64,000 nucleotides of DNA from IMG/VR virus record IMGVR_UViG_3300028454_000036, one strand, 5' to 3'. Shown here piece after piece: positions 25,867 through 37,050 of this stretch (the first letter of the stretch is position 1; each line of letters opens with the position of its first letter). Below the pieces are notes generated by a model that was given only the letters and a program-made list of their open reading frames with translations, was not told where the DNA came from and made no database searches. The position numbers were made by a program, and so were the translations under genes. This DNA is from a virus.

Positions 25867-28800
25867 ATGGCAAAAAATACGGAAACAGAAATACTACAAC
25901 AAGCGCAAGCATACAGTAGGACAAGTGATCAGTCACTTAAGTCCATTGATGCACATGTGCAGACATTAGATAGCAACTTAGCAGAGTTGACTGATTTCCT
26001 GAAATCATCACAGTCAGCTGTAAACGGAGGAATGGCTCCGGGACAATCTGCTGCAAGACGAGCCTCAACAGACCCTGCAAACAAGTGGCAAATCAATAGA
26101 GACGATTCATCTCCATTCGGCAATGATCCATTCAGCGGAAGCAGAAGACGAAGCAACGTTCGGTCAGGAAGATGGTTCGATGATTTCACCGATAAAGTAG
26201 AGCAAGAATTCTGGCGTGGATTAGGTGCAGCTGATATATCTCGCAACATTGCGAAGTCACTTGCACAGATGTCCCAGAAGACCGGCAAGAGCTTAGATGA
26301 GATGTTCGATACAGCTGCAAGAGATTTCGGAAGGTCACTTGCAGACGCTGCTAAGAAAGATCCGAGAGTCAAGAGATTCTCAGATGATCTCAACAAAGTA
26401 ACAGCAAGCCTGTCGAAGTCAATAACAGATTTCATCGAACAAGCAGGGGACAACATAGCTGCTACTGGATCCACCGGATTCAACATGAGCAACTTCAAGG
26501 ACTTCGCAGAAGGATTCAGTACTGCATTCAAAGGCGGAGATCTAAGCTGGACAGCTGTTGCAGATGGAATCGGAAGTATGTCTCAGGCAACTGCATCACT
26601 TGGAGCTAGCATGGGCTCAGCAGTAGCAGTAGCTGGTCCGTATGTAGCAGCAATAGCCGGCGCAGCAATCGCAATCGACTACGTAACAGATCAATTCAAA
26701 GCAATCGGCGAATCATTAGGTAGATTCGGAGGAGCTGTAGCTGCTGCAGCCAACAAGACACAAGGCCTCGAGAAGAAAGCTAGAGAGCTCGGACAGATTC
26801 GATTAGAAGAAGATCTCAAGTCAGTCATTCAAGCACCATTCGAGGTCATGAAAGATGCGGCTAATGAGATGATGCGTGTATGGGACCAGTCCCTGAAGAC
26901 CATAACTGCTACGCAAGGATACACTAAAGCAGACCTGCAGACACTCATCGGCTCATATGCATCTAGATTGAGAGATGAAGGACTCGCATCTGTTGTATCA
27001 TCTGCTGATATAACAACTAACTTGACTAAGGTACTTGAGTCAGGCCTTTCAGGTAAGGTAGCAGAGGAATTCGCTTACTTAGCTACAAAGCTGAATGCAG
27101 CAGTACCTACAGAGGACTTCTTCGGATACGCATCTACATATGCATCTGTAGCAGCTAACGCATTAGCAGCAGGTGCATCTGAGCAGCAAGCAATAGAAAA
27201 AGCCAACGCAGAGTTAGAGCAATTCGCTAACAACTTGTTATACAGTAGTAGAGAGCTCGCAGGTGGATTCTCATCTGGACTTAAGAATGCATCTGGATTG
27301 TTTGAGAAAGCAACAGAGATAGCTAACGCAAGTCACGGAGTAGGTGACGTATCAGAGATCTCAGGAGTACTCACATCTGTATCAGCAATGGTAGGTGCAA
27401 TCGCTCCTGACTTAGCTGGTGGATTAGTAGACGCAGTTGTGCAAGCAGCTACAGGAGGAAACAGCAGCGCTATCGTAGCTCTTCGTTCTATGGCAGGTAC
27501 AGGCGCATCTAACACCGCATTCCTGCAGGCGTTAGCAAAGAATCCACAACAAGTATTCAGCACATTATTCACCAATCTCGCAGAGATGCAGACAATGAAT
27601 GCTGATAACTACATGGAGGTTGCAGATGCGTTATCAACAACCTTCGGATTAGATAGAGGAGCATTCGCACGTGTTGACTTCGCAATGCTAGCTAACAACA
27701 TCGCGCAGATGAATACAAACAGCGGTGCTCTCAATCAGAATATGCAGCTACTCTCTAGTGGTCAGACAACAGCAACAGAAGAGCAGTTACGTATTCAGAA
27801 GATCAACGAATACATGATTGACGAAGGTCTCGCATATGTCTTGGACAACGAAGTAGCAAGATCCATTCAGGAACACATGTGGGACGAGCAGCTTGCTCTT
27901 GAGATAGAGAAAAACACATACGGAGTAGAGCTTGTAGGTACAACATCAGAGCTGTTACAGACTATCGGACATTCCGTAGAAAACATAATGAACTTCTTGA
28001 ACCCGATCGCATGGGCCAAGAAGATATTCAACGTCATTGACTCTGCTAACGAAGTAAAGGCACAGACAGAAGACATCAGGAACCTTCTCGAAGCTAACGT
28101 AGTGGGCACAGGAAACATGAAAGCTCTCTCACAGCTTACAACACGCGGATCCAAGTTGAATCTTACTAACAGCTACTTAGAGATGCTCAATCAGCCATCT
28201 GCAGTAGCAAGTAGAAAACTTGGATCCACGCTTATCAGCACAGTGCTAGATATGAACCTAGGACGTGCAGTAGGAGCTGCTGGAAGTGGTTGGCTTTCAT
28301 CTTTCGGAAGCAGCGCATCAGAGGCAAATCTAGTAACAGGTGCAATACAAGCATCAATGAGATCATCTGCACAGGCTTCGGGACCTGCATCTAGATACTC
28401 ATGGGCAAACGTAGGTAAGTCCGCTTTTGGATCCATCGCAGCAAAGAAGTCATCTGCTGGTAACTACGCACCGCTATCAGCAAGCCAGACAATGGCTGCA
28501 GCATCTAAGAGCAAGCTAGAGTCATTCTTCGGCACGATGACAGACTACGTCAAGAAAGGTCGCTCATATGAAGAATGGGCATCACAAGCATCTGCATATG
28601 GCATCACAAACCTGAGTGCAGCGTTAAGCGATTACGGCTTAACAGAAGCAGATGCAAAGAACCAGTTCCAGCAGACAGAAGCACAGCAAGCTTCTATGTA
28701 CAATTACACACGCCAGCAGCTGGAAGATCAGTTCTGGAATGATGCTATTCAGTATTACGAAACAACATGGCCAACATTCGAAGAGACCCTGTGGGAGAAA

Positions 28801-29217
28801 CACATAGTACCATTCGAAGAAAAGACATGGCCTAAATTCACTGACCAGTTACTTGAGTTTCAGACACAGGTAACAACAAAGCAAGATAGAATGTATGACG
28901 CGTGGGTTGATTACTACATCAATCACACAGCATACAGTGCAGATACACTCAATGCATACAACGTACAAGCTATTCGAGCTGCAGAAAGAAGCGAAACAGG
29001 ACAAGCTGTACTTGCTCTCGCACAAGCACTCACATCCAATCAAGTGAACCTGAAAGATCCAGTGGTACAGACTAATGTCATCTTGTCACAAATCTTGATC
29101 GTAGCAGAAGCTATCATGCAGCAAGTAAACAATACATCAACCATTTCACTTCCTACTGCTCTCGCTGGATTGGGCTTAGGAGTCACTAGTGAAACAGGCA
29201 AGAATATAAGGCAGTAA
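25867..29217 (+). CDS. tape measure-like protein
   Basis: about 1116 aa, Ala/Ser-rich and helical, first gene of the tail/baseplate cluster. Confidence 0.65.
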   Translation: MAKNTETEILQQAQAYSRTSDQSLKSIDAHVQTLDSNLAELTDFLKSSQSAVNGGMAPGQSAARRASTDPANKWQINRDDSSPFGNDPFSGSRRRSNVRSGRWFDDFTDKVEQEFWRGLGAADISRNIAKSLAQMSQKTGKSLDEMFDTAARDFGRSLADAAKKDPRVKRFSDDLNKVTASLSKSITDFIEQAGDNIAATGSTGFNMSNFKDFAEGFSTAFKGGDLSWTAVADGIGSMSQATASLGASMGSAVAVAGPYVAAIAGAAIAIDYVTDQFKAIGESLGRFGGAVAAAANKTQGLEKKARELGQIRLEEDLKSVIQAPFEVMKDAANEMMRVWDQSLKTITATQGYTKADLQTLIGSYASRLRDEGLASVVSSADITTNLTKVLESGLSGKVAEEFAYLATKLNAAVPTEDFFGYASTYASVAANALAAGASEQQAIEKANAELEQFANNLLYSSRELAGGFSSGLKNASGLFEKATEIANASHGVGDVSEISGVLTSVSAMVGAIAPDLAGGLVDAVVQAATGGNSSAIVALRSMAGTGASNTAFLQALAKNPQQVFSTLFTNLAEMQTMNADNYMEVADALSTTFGLDRGAFARVDFAMLANNIAQMNTNSGALNQNMQLLSSGQTTATEEQLRIQKINEYMIDEGLAYVLDNEVARSIQEHMWDEQLALEIEKNTYGVELVGTTSELLQTIGHSVENIMNFLNPIAWAKKIFNVIDSANEVKAQTEDIRNLLEANVVGTGNMKALSQLTTRGSKLNLTNSYLEMLNQPSAVASRKLGSTLISTVLDMNLGRAVGAAGSGWLSSFGSSASEANLVTGAIQASMRSSAQASGPASRYSWANVGKSAFGSIAAKKSSAGNYAPLSASQTMAAASKSKLESFFGTMTDYVKKGRSYEEWASQASAYGITNLSAALSDYGLTEADAKNQFQQTEAQQASMYNYTRQQLEDQFWNDAIQYYETTWPTFEETLWEKHIVPFEEKTWPKFTDQLLEFQTQVTTKQDRMYDAWVDYYINHTAYSADTLNAYNVQAIRAAERSETGQAVLALAQALTSNQVNLKDPVVQTNVILSQILIVAEAIMQQVNNTSTISLPTALAGLGLGVTSETGKNIRQ

Positions 29218-29218
29218 C

Positions 29219-29228
29219 ACCTTGTATA
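29219..29228 (+). promoter_or_regulatory. ACCTT-GTA-TA motif
   Basis: intergenic copy of the late-type motif. Confidence 0.55.
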
Positions 29229-29276
29229 CACACGACGGCACACACCGTATCTAAACTTTGGATATAGGAGGTTTAT

Positions 29277-31925
29277 ATGAATTTCGCATTATTCCCTGTA
29301 GGGGCAACAAACATATTCCCTGCAGCTAACGGCATTAACGGATCACAGCTGTTGACAGAATGGAATCTGCGATGCAGAGAAGGAGTGGACACTTCATCAG
29401 ATATCACATATGAAGTAGGGCACTCTTTTGTGCATGGTGAGGAAGATTTCTTCGTCAGTATCAAACAAGACGATACGGGGGCAGTAGTCAATAACTATAC
29501 ACTAAACATCGCTCCTGGTAGGGCTGTAATCAATGGCCACTACATAGAGCTACTAACAGACATTACTATCGACTTACTCGAAGCAAATGCTAAGTTGATT
29601 TCACAGTCAATGGAACCGCTTCAAGGAGACTTAGCAGTAGGACTTCGGACATTCTACGCATCAGAAGAATCTATCGCAGGTAGCTTGCTTGTAGAGGGTG
29701 ATGATGGAATGTATCTCGGTATACAAGTAGTTGTGTTACCGCTAACAGAGTTTATCACACCGCAGGATAGTCCTAACGATAAGAATGCAGTTACCGCTGA
29801 TCTCTTACTAGCGAATATCTACTTCGCTAACAATGCTATTCAGCGTATCAACAACAATGTAGAGAAGATTGAGTATCTCCCTGCAGAGCGTATCCGAAAC
29901 ATCGAGGGAATCGTCAATACCAAGTATGTAACCAAGCTTGGATTGAATCCTAAGAAGATTTACGCTTTCGCAGGTAAGGGTCACAATCCATCAACCGGTC
30001 AGGATACATGGGAAGATGTAACTGATTCAACAATGATATGGGATGCGAACCCTGTGAGAACAACAGATGCTCCTACATACTCTCAATCACAATTCGTCAC
30101 TTCTTCCGATAAAGTGTATCTGTGCGCAGTACACAAGCAAGTAGAAGGTATGGAAACATACGACGGAGATCCAGAATATTACGCACCTAGATTGATTGAG
30201 CTTCCTGTAGCGAATTACGGAACAAGTACACCAGGTGTAATCTCTCCTGAGTATACACAGCAGATCAAGCACATTGCAGATCAGGTGAATGATTTCCGTA
30301 CAACTCTCACAGGAAAACAGATCCAGTATCGAGAGACTTTCGTAGAAGGCGATGAGCTCCCCGCAATCAATCCTGCATGGGAGTGTGGTGATTATATACT
30401 GGTAGGAGCAGATTCTGTCGCTCTCCCGGAAGCAACGGGTATATCAGCCCCTGCTACAATGTATGTAGTTGTTCCTGGCATCATAAGAACCATCATCTTC
30501 AAAGAAGAGGTACTTGATAGTGCAGAGATTCCAGCAGACATCACAGGTGTTCCGCTTGGATACATCGATTGGAATAGACAGTCCGGAAAAGAAGAGCCGA
30601 ATACAACAGATCCTGAAAAGTATCCTGAGTTCTTTGATCCAGATACAGATCAGATAAGAGGACGCATCGGAGTTGATTACTTCTACGTCAAGTATGAATT
30701 CACTGACACAGAGGGTGTAGATCACGTCAAGTATTACTACTACACAGTAGCAACATCTAGCCCACGTGGCTGGAGCGATGCAGTCATTGTAACAGGACAG
30801 ATACCACTTGCAACTGATACAGCCATCGGTGGATTCTACAATGTAGAGTCAACAGATACGGATGCAGGATATGTATACAGAGATGACGCAGGTAGACTTC
30901 GCTTAGTAGATTACGCACTGCTGAGATCAGGTGTGTTAGCATATCAGTTAGGCGAGGACTTGAAGTTACCTTCTGGATTGACAAGTGAAGAGATCCAAGT
31001 ATACTTGAACGAATACGTCAACGAGCGTGTAGCATTCGCTAATGCAACACAGCTTGAATCCGATAGCCCTAACTGCATACATGTTCATATCCCTCTGTAT
31101 GAGGAATCTTCTCCTACAGAGATCACAATCAAAGACATCGATTGCAGATTCAACACATCTGTTTGTCTTCACATAGAAGGCAGTGCTAATGAAAACACAG
31201 TAATCAACATCAGCGACTGCGCTAAGATTAAGATTGACAACGACATTGAAGGAACACCAGTAATCAACATATACCGTTCCTGTATCTACTATGACCCATA
31301 CATCTTCAACTACATCAGAGGGTGCACTCGAGATTCACTTACCTTCACAGGTATGGAAGATATCAAGTTATGGTATGAGATCATGCACAGTGCGGATCCA
31401 AACTTAGTAGTCAATGACATGACGGTACGTGAGCTTGACGGCCCAGTTATCCCTACACAGACATCTGTATGGGACAGTGTAGGAGCCGAAGCTAACGATA
31501 ACCACTACTTAGTAGCCCTTGGAAGCCTGACATTCGCAGGTAATGGAGATGTAATCGGATGCACAATACTTGTAGCTAACAACTCAACAGACAACGTACT
31601 CCCAGGTGAGAAAATCGCTGTTAATGAGTTTGAATTGCCACAGGGAAGCGGATTGACATATCCGAAGTCCTGCATGACACGTCAGCTCAAGATTACAGGA
31701 ACATTCACAAGCGCATACCTGTCACAGAAGCAGTGGTACTTAACAGATACATCCTTCAGCGCATTGACTAACGTATTCGACATGACTACAACAGCTGAAA
31801 CAGCTAAAGGATCTATCGCATTCCATTCAAAGACAACAGTACTTGATAACAGCTTATCATACACATCAATTCCTGCATGGGAACCAGATACTTATCATAT
31901 CTTCTCCGGAGGTGCAATCAACTAA
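29277..31925 (+). CDS. large virion structural (tail/baseplate) protein
   Basis: 882 aa, beta-rich, IAPGRAVING motif common in tail proteins. Confidence 0.6.
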   Translation: MNFALFPVGATNIFPAANGINGSQLLTEWNLRCREGVDTSSDITYEVGHSFVHGEEDFFVSIKQDDTGAVVNNYTLNIAPGRAVINGHYIELLTDITIDLLEANAKLISQSMEPLQGDLAVGLRTFYASEESIAGSLLVEGDDGMYLGIQVVVLPLTEFITPQDSPNDKNAVTADLLLANIYFANNAIQRINNNVEKIEYLPAERIRNIEGIVNTKYVTKLGLNPKKIYAFAGKGHNPSTGQDTWEDVTDSTMIWDANPVRTTDAPTYSQSQFVTSSDKVYLCAVHKQVEGMETYDGDPEYYAPRLIELPVANYGTSTPGVISPEYTQQIKHIADQVNDFRTTLTGKQIQYRETFVEGDELPAINPAWECGDYILVGADSVALPEATGISAPATMYVVVPGIIRTIIFKEEVLDSAEIPADITGVPLGYIDWNRQSGKEEPNTTDPEKYPEFFDPDTDQIRGRIGVDYFYVKYEFTDTEGVDHVKYYYYTVATSSPRGWSDAVIVTGQIPLATDTAIGGFYNVESTDTDAGYVYRDDAGRLRLVDYALLRSGVLAYQLGEDLKLPSGLTSEEIQVYLNEYVNERVAFANATQLESDSPNCIHVHIPLYEESSPTEITIKDIDCRFNTSVCLHIEGSANENTVINISDCAKIKIDNDIEGTPVINIYRSCIYYDPYIFNYIRGCTRDSLTFTGMEDIKLWYEIMHSADPNLVVNDMTVRELDGPVIPTQTSVWDSVGAEANDNHYLVALGSLTFAGNGDVIGCTILVANNSTDNVLPGEKIAVNEFELPQGSGLTYPKSCMTRQLKITGTFTSAYLSQKQWYLTDTSFSALTNVFDMTTTAETAKGSIAFHSKTTVLDNSLSYTSIPAWEPDTYHIFSGGAIN

Positions 31926-32422
31926 TGTTTGTGCATGATTTAATCAAGATCAACTACATACGATTAGGATACTTGCCGAACCTGCCATATCACTTAGTGT
32001 CAGATAAGGAGATGTTCGAAGCATTTACATCTGACGAAGGATATTTCATCAATACATATGAATGTCCGAAGGAAGAGCTGAACGATGCATATGAGACTCT
32101 GAGAGAATTCATCAACAACACTATAGCGAAGTACCAGGCAAGTGAGATTGAATCCCTTCCGAGCTGGATATACGGATATATGCTAGGCAATGTAATAGGG
32201 CCTTACTCAGATGTAGCTGACATCAATGACATCATAACAATGTCAGATCTACCTGATGACAGCGGATTGCCTAAATTCGATGCAGATGTTGCACAGAAAT
32301 GTTACGACGTCAGTGTCGATTGGCTCAGTAAGTATCTTGATTCCGAAGATAGAAGACCGCCGACAATGTTCGGAGAGACACACGTTATGAAGAGCTTGCG
32401 ATTAAGTAGCTCTTCATTCTAA
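31925..32422 (+). CDS. hypothetical (tail-associated) protein
   Basis: TAATG overlap, GGAGG RBS. Confidence 0.7.
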   Translation: MFVHDLIKINYIRLGYLPNLPYHLVSDKEMFEAFTSDEGYFINTYECPKEELNDAYETLREFINNTIAKYQASEIESLPSWIYGYMLGNVIGPYSDVADINDIITMSDLPDDSGLPKFDADVAQKCYDVSVDWLSKYLDSEDRRPPTMFGETHVMKSLRLSSSSF

Positions 32423-32439
32423 TTAGAAAGGAGGCGTAC

Positions 32440-33474
32440 ATGCAGTTCCTAACAATAACTCCACAGACAACACTAGCGTCACTTTCATCACAAGTGGGCA
32501 GACAGAATGTAGATGAGATACTCACTGCAAATGAGCTTCCTAGAACTCCGAAGGTAGGCCAAGCATACGTCTCTAGATGCAATGATATCCTGAAGACAGC
32601 AAGTCCTGTAACAGCTGTGCAGAAGATCAATATGCTCAACACACTCACCAGTGATAGCGAGATATTCGAAACAGCTGCTATGATGACAGAAGATGAATGG
32701 AAGATATTCCAGAAACTAGGAACACTTCCAAGTGCCCTATCTGTTCCGACAACTATCAAGCTACAGAAGTCATCAGATATTATCGGTAACTCACTCACAG
32801 GTATCGCAACACATATCTATCAGAGAACAATCAACTCACTGAATGCAACCGGAAGAGTTGATAGCACTATATTCAACACTATATCTAGCATCAAGCATCC
32901 GCCTCATAACGGATCTCCTAGACGCGATAAGCGAAACCACACAAGTGGAGCTGATGTGATTCCCTTCTCGGGATTCAATCTCCCGTGGGGAAAGATACGC
33001 CTTTATTCGTCACTGACAGATGACTCTGTAGATATACCAGTGTACCCAGAAGAGATAAGCGACGGAGCTAAAGCATCATACACTACGATGCCGGACCTCC
33101 TTTACCAGTATGAGCCATGGTACGCATACACAGGTTCAGGTCCAAGATCAGTTGAGTATTCATTTCACATGCATAGAGATATGTGGACAGGAGATCACAG
33201 GGACGGAAATGCAAACGCACTGATACGCTTCGCTGAGTCATGCTGCTATGCAGAATACAATGGATCCGCTGTTAACACAACACTGGTTACGCTATACATC
33301 AATGGCGATGCTACTATAACAGGAATCATGACAGATGAAAATGTAAGATGGTCAGGCCCTATCGGATTAGATGGATGGTATCTAGAATTCACACTCTCAT
33401 TCACAATAACAGAAGTGTCGAAGATACCGAAGAACATCACTTCCGTACGTGCAAAGAATGTCATTGGAGGTTAG
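32440..33474 (+). CDS. baseplate tail-tube initiator-like protein
   Basis: IPVYPEEISD..Y.GSGPRSV.YSF..GI...V.W tube-fold pattern; position in the cluster. Confidence 0.55.
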   Translation: MQFLTITPQTTLASLSSQVGRQNVDEILTANELPRTPKVGQAYVSRCNDILKTASPVTAVQKINMLNTLTSDSEIFETAAMMTEDEWKIFQKLGTLPSALSVPTTIKLQKSSDIIGNSLTGIATHIYQRTINSLNATGRVDSTIFNTISSIKHPPHNGSPRRDKRNHTSGADVIPFSGFNLPWGKIRLYSSLTDDSVDIPVYPEEISDGAKASYTTMPDLLYQYEPWYAYTGSGPRSVEYSFHMHRDMWTGDHRDGNANALIRFAESCCYAEYNGSAVNTTLVTLYINGDATITGIMTDENVRWSGPIGLDGWYLEFTLSFTITEVSKIPKNITSVRAKNVIGG

Positions 33475-33479
33475 TAAAC

Positions 33480-33908
33480 ATGATATCTGAATTACAGGAC
33501 ACGTTAACTCCATACAAAGAGTTAGAAAGAGATCTAATTCAATATACTTACTGCTACGACTACGATCACATATCTAGATACAGAGGATTGCGTCAAGTAG
33601 TCCATCAAGGGTCATCTCCGGACAGATGCATGACTCTGGAAACAGCTAATGCATTCTCTACAACAAGTGACCTTGTCTATTATACAGTGCCTGAGCAGTA
33701 TGAGAACCGCCTTGATCTTATCGCACGGGATCTGCTAGGGTCAGCGAGCTATGCATGGGTTATCGCTTATTTCAACGGGATATCAGACGGATTCACAGTA
33801 CATGCAGGTGCTGAGTTACAAGTTCCGCCGTCAATCACGTCTCTGTTCCAGAACGGTGAATGTCTCGCATCAGTAACTGCTACAAAACTCAACTTGGGGT
33901 GTGAATAA
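33480..33908 (+). CDS. LysM-like baseplate wedge protein (gp53/X-like)
   Basis: YTV..RLDLIA..LG..WVIA.FN..L.VP. Confidence 0.75.
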   Translation: MISELQDTLTPYKELERDLIQYTYCYDYDHISRYRGLRQVVHQGSSPDRCMTLETANAFSTTSDLVYYTVPEQYENRLDLIARDLLGSASYAWVIAYFNGISDGFTVHAGAELQVPPSITSLFQNGECLASVTATKLNLGCE

Positions 33909-35356
33909 TGAAGAAGCAATGTTGTTGTAGCTTCACCCTCGCTGGGGTGAACCTAACCGAATTCGGGTTATCTATCCCGTCACCTTTCGCAGTACTACAA
34001 GTTAATAACTCCGAGCAGGGCAGCTATACAAGCTGGGACTTACAGCTCACTATCGGTGGTAGCTCTAGCCTCAAGATGAATGTAGCTGCATTTGAAGCTC
34101 TTATCTATAGCGGAGCACAGAGTAAAGGATACACTAACGCAAGCGGCATCCCAGTTTCATTCATGTTTGGATGGCTAGCCAATGACGGCAGTGTAGAATC
34201 ATACATGTCCTATCAGGGATGGACAATCAGCTATAGTGTTAACACATCAGGTCAGTTCCTAGTGTACAGACTCACAGGATATGCATCACAGGCAGTGAAA
34301 GCAAGTATGCCTGTCCTCAACATTCCTGCTGTATGCGGATACGTGCAGCCATCAGCTGTTGTAGAGGGCATAGCGAAAGCAATCAAAGCCGATTCATACT
34401 ATGAGTTGGACATTGACCACAGTGATGCTCCTACATTAGTTCAGCATAACTCAATGACGACAAGCTTCACGTCTTACGTCAAAGGTGAGCGAAACGGGAA
34501 AGATGATTATGATTCATTTCCGGGACTGCTTCCACTGTCGAAGACATACAACGCAACTCGAGAAGCTGCAGGATTGAAGCCGAGGTCCGGTAAACTCAGC
34601 ACGATACTCAATCATGTAGTAACCAAGCCGATTTCTGAATTCCTTGTGAAGAGCATTGTAGATAGCACACCACAGTGCAGTTCCTTCTTATTCTGGATGG
34701 ACGAACCTACAATGACGAAGCCCGGAATCATTCACTATAAATCAGCATCTAGCGTGTTAGCAAGCAGAAACACAAGTGCGCTTACATATGGAACATCTGA
34801 TAGCAACATACTAACATTATCAGGTTCCTATGACGGTGTAGCTTACAACATGTCCGATATGAACTTCGCAACTGTTGGATTCACACTGGACGATACAGGT
34901 AACACTATCATCAATGATACAACAGTAGTTAACTCCTGGTCATCTTCTCTTGCAGATGTGTACCAAACAGCTAACATCATAAACGACATCAATGCCCTAG
35001 CTACTCAGTTTTCTGGAGAATTCACAGTAACAGTAGCTGGATCCACTAAGGGATACACATTAGCAGAGCCTGTTTCACTTGTAGTAATGTCCGGAAACAC
35101 ATTATCACCGATATCAGGTATCTATAGCATCATGAGTGTATCACACAGTATCGGAGCTACATTTGTAACTACATTAAAGCTTCAAAGATTATCTATCAGC
35201 AGCGCAAATCAGACAGCTGCAGGAATGGGAATCTATCGTTCAGGTAGCTCAAAGGGACGTGTGAGCTCATTCCATACTACACCTAATATAAAATCACCAG
35301 GAAAAGTCGATTTTGGATATGTGTATCCGACTTGGCAAGACATTCAGATGGTGTAA
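33908..35356 (+). CDS. baseplate hub protein (gp27/D-like)
   Basis: C-terminal SGIYSIMSVSHSI..FVTTLKL; position. Confidence 0.6.
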   Translation: MKKQCCCSFTLAGVNLTEFGLSIPSPFAVLQVNNSEQGSYTSWDLQLTIGGSSSLKMNVAAFEALIYSGAQSKGYTNASGIPVSFMFGWLANDGSVESYMSYQGWTISYSVNTSGQFLVYRLTGYASQAVKASMPVLNIPAVCGYVQPSAVVEGIAKAIKADSYYELDIDHSDAPTLVQHNSMTTSFTSYVKGERNGKDDYDSFPGLLPLSKTYNATREAAGLKPRSGKLSTILNHVVTKPISEFLVKSIVDSTPQCSSFLFWMDEPTMTKPGIIHYKSASSVLASRNTSALTYGTSDSNILTLSGSYDGVAYNMSDMNFATVGFTLDDTGNTIINDTTVVNSWSSSLADVYQTANIINDINALATQFSGEFTVTVAGSTKGYTLAEPVSLVVMSGNTLSPISGIYSIMSVSHSIGATFVTTLKLQRLSISSANQTAAGMGIYRSGSSKGRVSSFHTTPNIKSPGKVDFGYVYPTWQDIQMV

Positions 35357-35414
35357 TAATACAACGAAATAGTGTAAATTTCACTGAACTCTAAAACTGT
35401 TGGAGGTAAACGAA

Positions 35415-35924
35415 ATGATTGAGACGCTAACAGGGTCATCAAACAGCCCTTTAGAACCAATAGAAACAACCGAACCGTGTGTAATCGGATACAGAGTAGA
35501 ATGCGATTCTGTATTCAGTATTTCACACGGTCGCATTGCGTATGTAGGTCATGGAACAGACGGATACGTGCAAGTATGTGTGTGGGTCAATCACAATGAG
35601 CTCATTCGCTACGGACATCTGCACAACGTGCAATTCGATGCGAATCAGGACATTGTTCCCGGAATCAAGCTCGGAGATGCACAAAAGTATGTAGTAGTAG
35701 AATACTGCACATCATGGAAAGGGGATAGCAAGTTCCCTGTGAGATGTTACAATCACACATACTACAAACAAGACCCTATCGACATCTTAGAAGGCCGATA
35801 CATGCCGCAATCTACTATGACAATGGTAACTTCTATTCCGAAAGGAAAAGTAATAGCTGATTATACAACAGATGATCAGCGAAACGAATTCGAAGCAGAT
35901 AACAGAGGTATCCTAGATGAGTAA
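35415..35924 (+). CDS. degenerate M23 peptidase-like protein
   Basis: GRIAYVG..RYGHL..V.PG..LG; the HxH Zn motif is missing. Confidence 0.45.
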   Translation: MIETLTGSSNSPLEPIETTEPCVIGYRVECDSVFSISHGRIAYVGHGTDGYVQVCVWVNHNELIRYGHLHNVQFDANQDIVPGIKLGDAQKYVVVEYCTSWKGDSKFPVRCYNHTYYKQDPIDILEGRYMPQSTMTMVTSIPKGKVIADYTTDDQRNEFEADNRGILDE

Positions 35925-37032
35925 CTCAGCTTTAGCAAACTACGTCAATCGAACAGCAGGTAGATACACCGAAAGAAGAGAAGATACACTCATTGATCGC
36001 ATAACTATCCATTCAGCAGACGCTTCCGGAGACTGTTATGACCTATCTGAGCTTGTGATGGCAGCAGAGAAGTCGAGTTATCACTACGGCATATCATCAG
36101 ACGGAACAGTGTGTCTATTCGTAGATGAGGAATTCCGGTCATGGTCTACAGGTAGCGTAGCTAATGATGAGTATGCTGTTAACATCATATGTATGAACGA
36201 CCCTAAGGGAATCAAAGAGGGGAAGCTAACAGATGCGACATACAACGCACTGTTGGATCTATGCACAGACATATGTAGACGTAACTTCATGCTAGAGCTT
36301 GTTTACACAGGTAACAAATCCACTAGTACCCTTACAATGCACAAATGGTTTGCTAGCGTGAATTGCCCAGGAACATGGCTTTCTAACAGATTCAGTCAGA
36401 TAGCAGCAATAGTTACAGAGCGATTGCAAGATGCAACTAAAGCACAGAACCGAACAGAAGCACTGAAAGCACAGTCTACTATCGCAGTAGGTAACATCAA
36501 GCCATACATGATTACAGTAACTCCCGGAACACTAGGGGTAAACTATCAGCGTATGCGTACCTTCGGTGTAGTAGGTACAATGTTTTGGGCGGGTAGTAGA
36601 TTCGACGGAAGACACAATGTAAGAGCAACATACATGAATTCATCATTGAAGAGTCAAGTAGCCGAAGCTAATCAAGATGAGATGCCATACGGTTTATACG
36701 CTACTGTGAGAGCTAACACAGAGCAGGAAGCTAAAGACGAATGCTACTGGCTCTACTTCGTCATATCGAAGTATCCGCCGAAGTTAGGCCTGTGGTTGGA
36801 ACTAGACCTCTCCGGAACCCCTCAATCGAGGCAAAAAGTAATTGATGTATACTACAAGAATATTCTGAAATGGGGACTAAAAGATAAATGCGGATTCTAC
36901 GCAAGTAGAGATCAGCTGATGCGATTAGGATACAAAGAGTATCTAGATAGATTCTCTGTATGGCTCATATCGCCGATGGATGATTTATCTAGCCTAGATT
37001 CCCTCCTAACTCCCGCGATATTCAAGTTTTAG
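35917..37032 (+). CDS. N-acetylmuramoyl-L-alanine amidase (Amidase_2) fused to a GH25-like domain
   Basis: ITIH, SYHYGI, RSWSTG, TMHKWF..CPG; C-terminal PYGLY..EA..WLELD..GFYAS. Confidence 0.75.
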   Translation: MSNSALANYVNRTAGRYTERREDTLIDRITIHSADASGDCYDLSELVMAAEKSSYHYGISSDGTVCLFVDEEFRSWSTGSVANDEYAVNIICMNDPKGIKEGKLTDATYNALLDLCTDICRRNFMLELVYTGNKSTSTLTMHKWFASVNCPGTWLSNRFSQIAAIVTERLQDATKAQNRTEALKAQSTIAVGNIKPYMITVTPGTLGVNYQRMRTFGVVGTMFWAGSRFDGRHNVRATYMNSSLKSQVAEANQDEMPYGLYATVRANTEQEAKDECYWLYFVISKYPPKLGLWLELDLSGTPQSRQKVIDVYYKNILKWGLKDKCGFYASRDQLMRLGYKEYLDRFSVWLISPMDDLSSLDSLLTPAIFKF

Positions 37033-37050
37033 ACTAATGAGGTATGATTT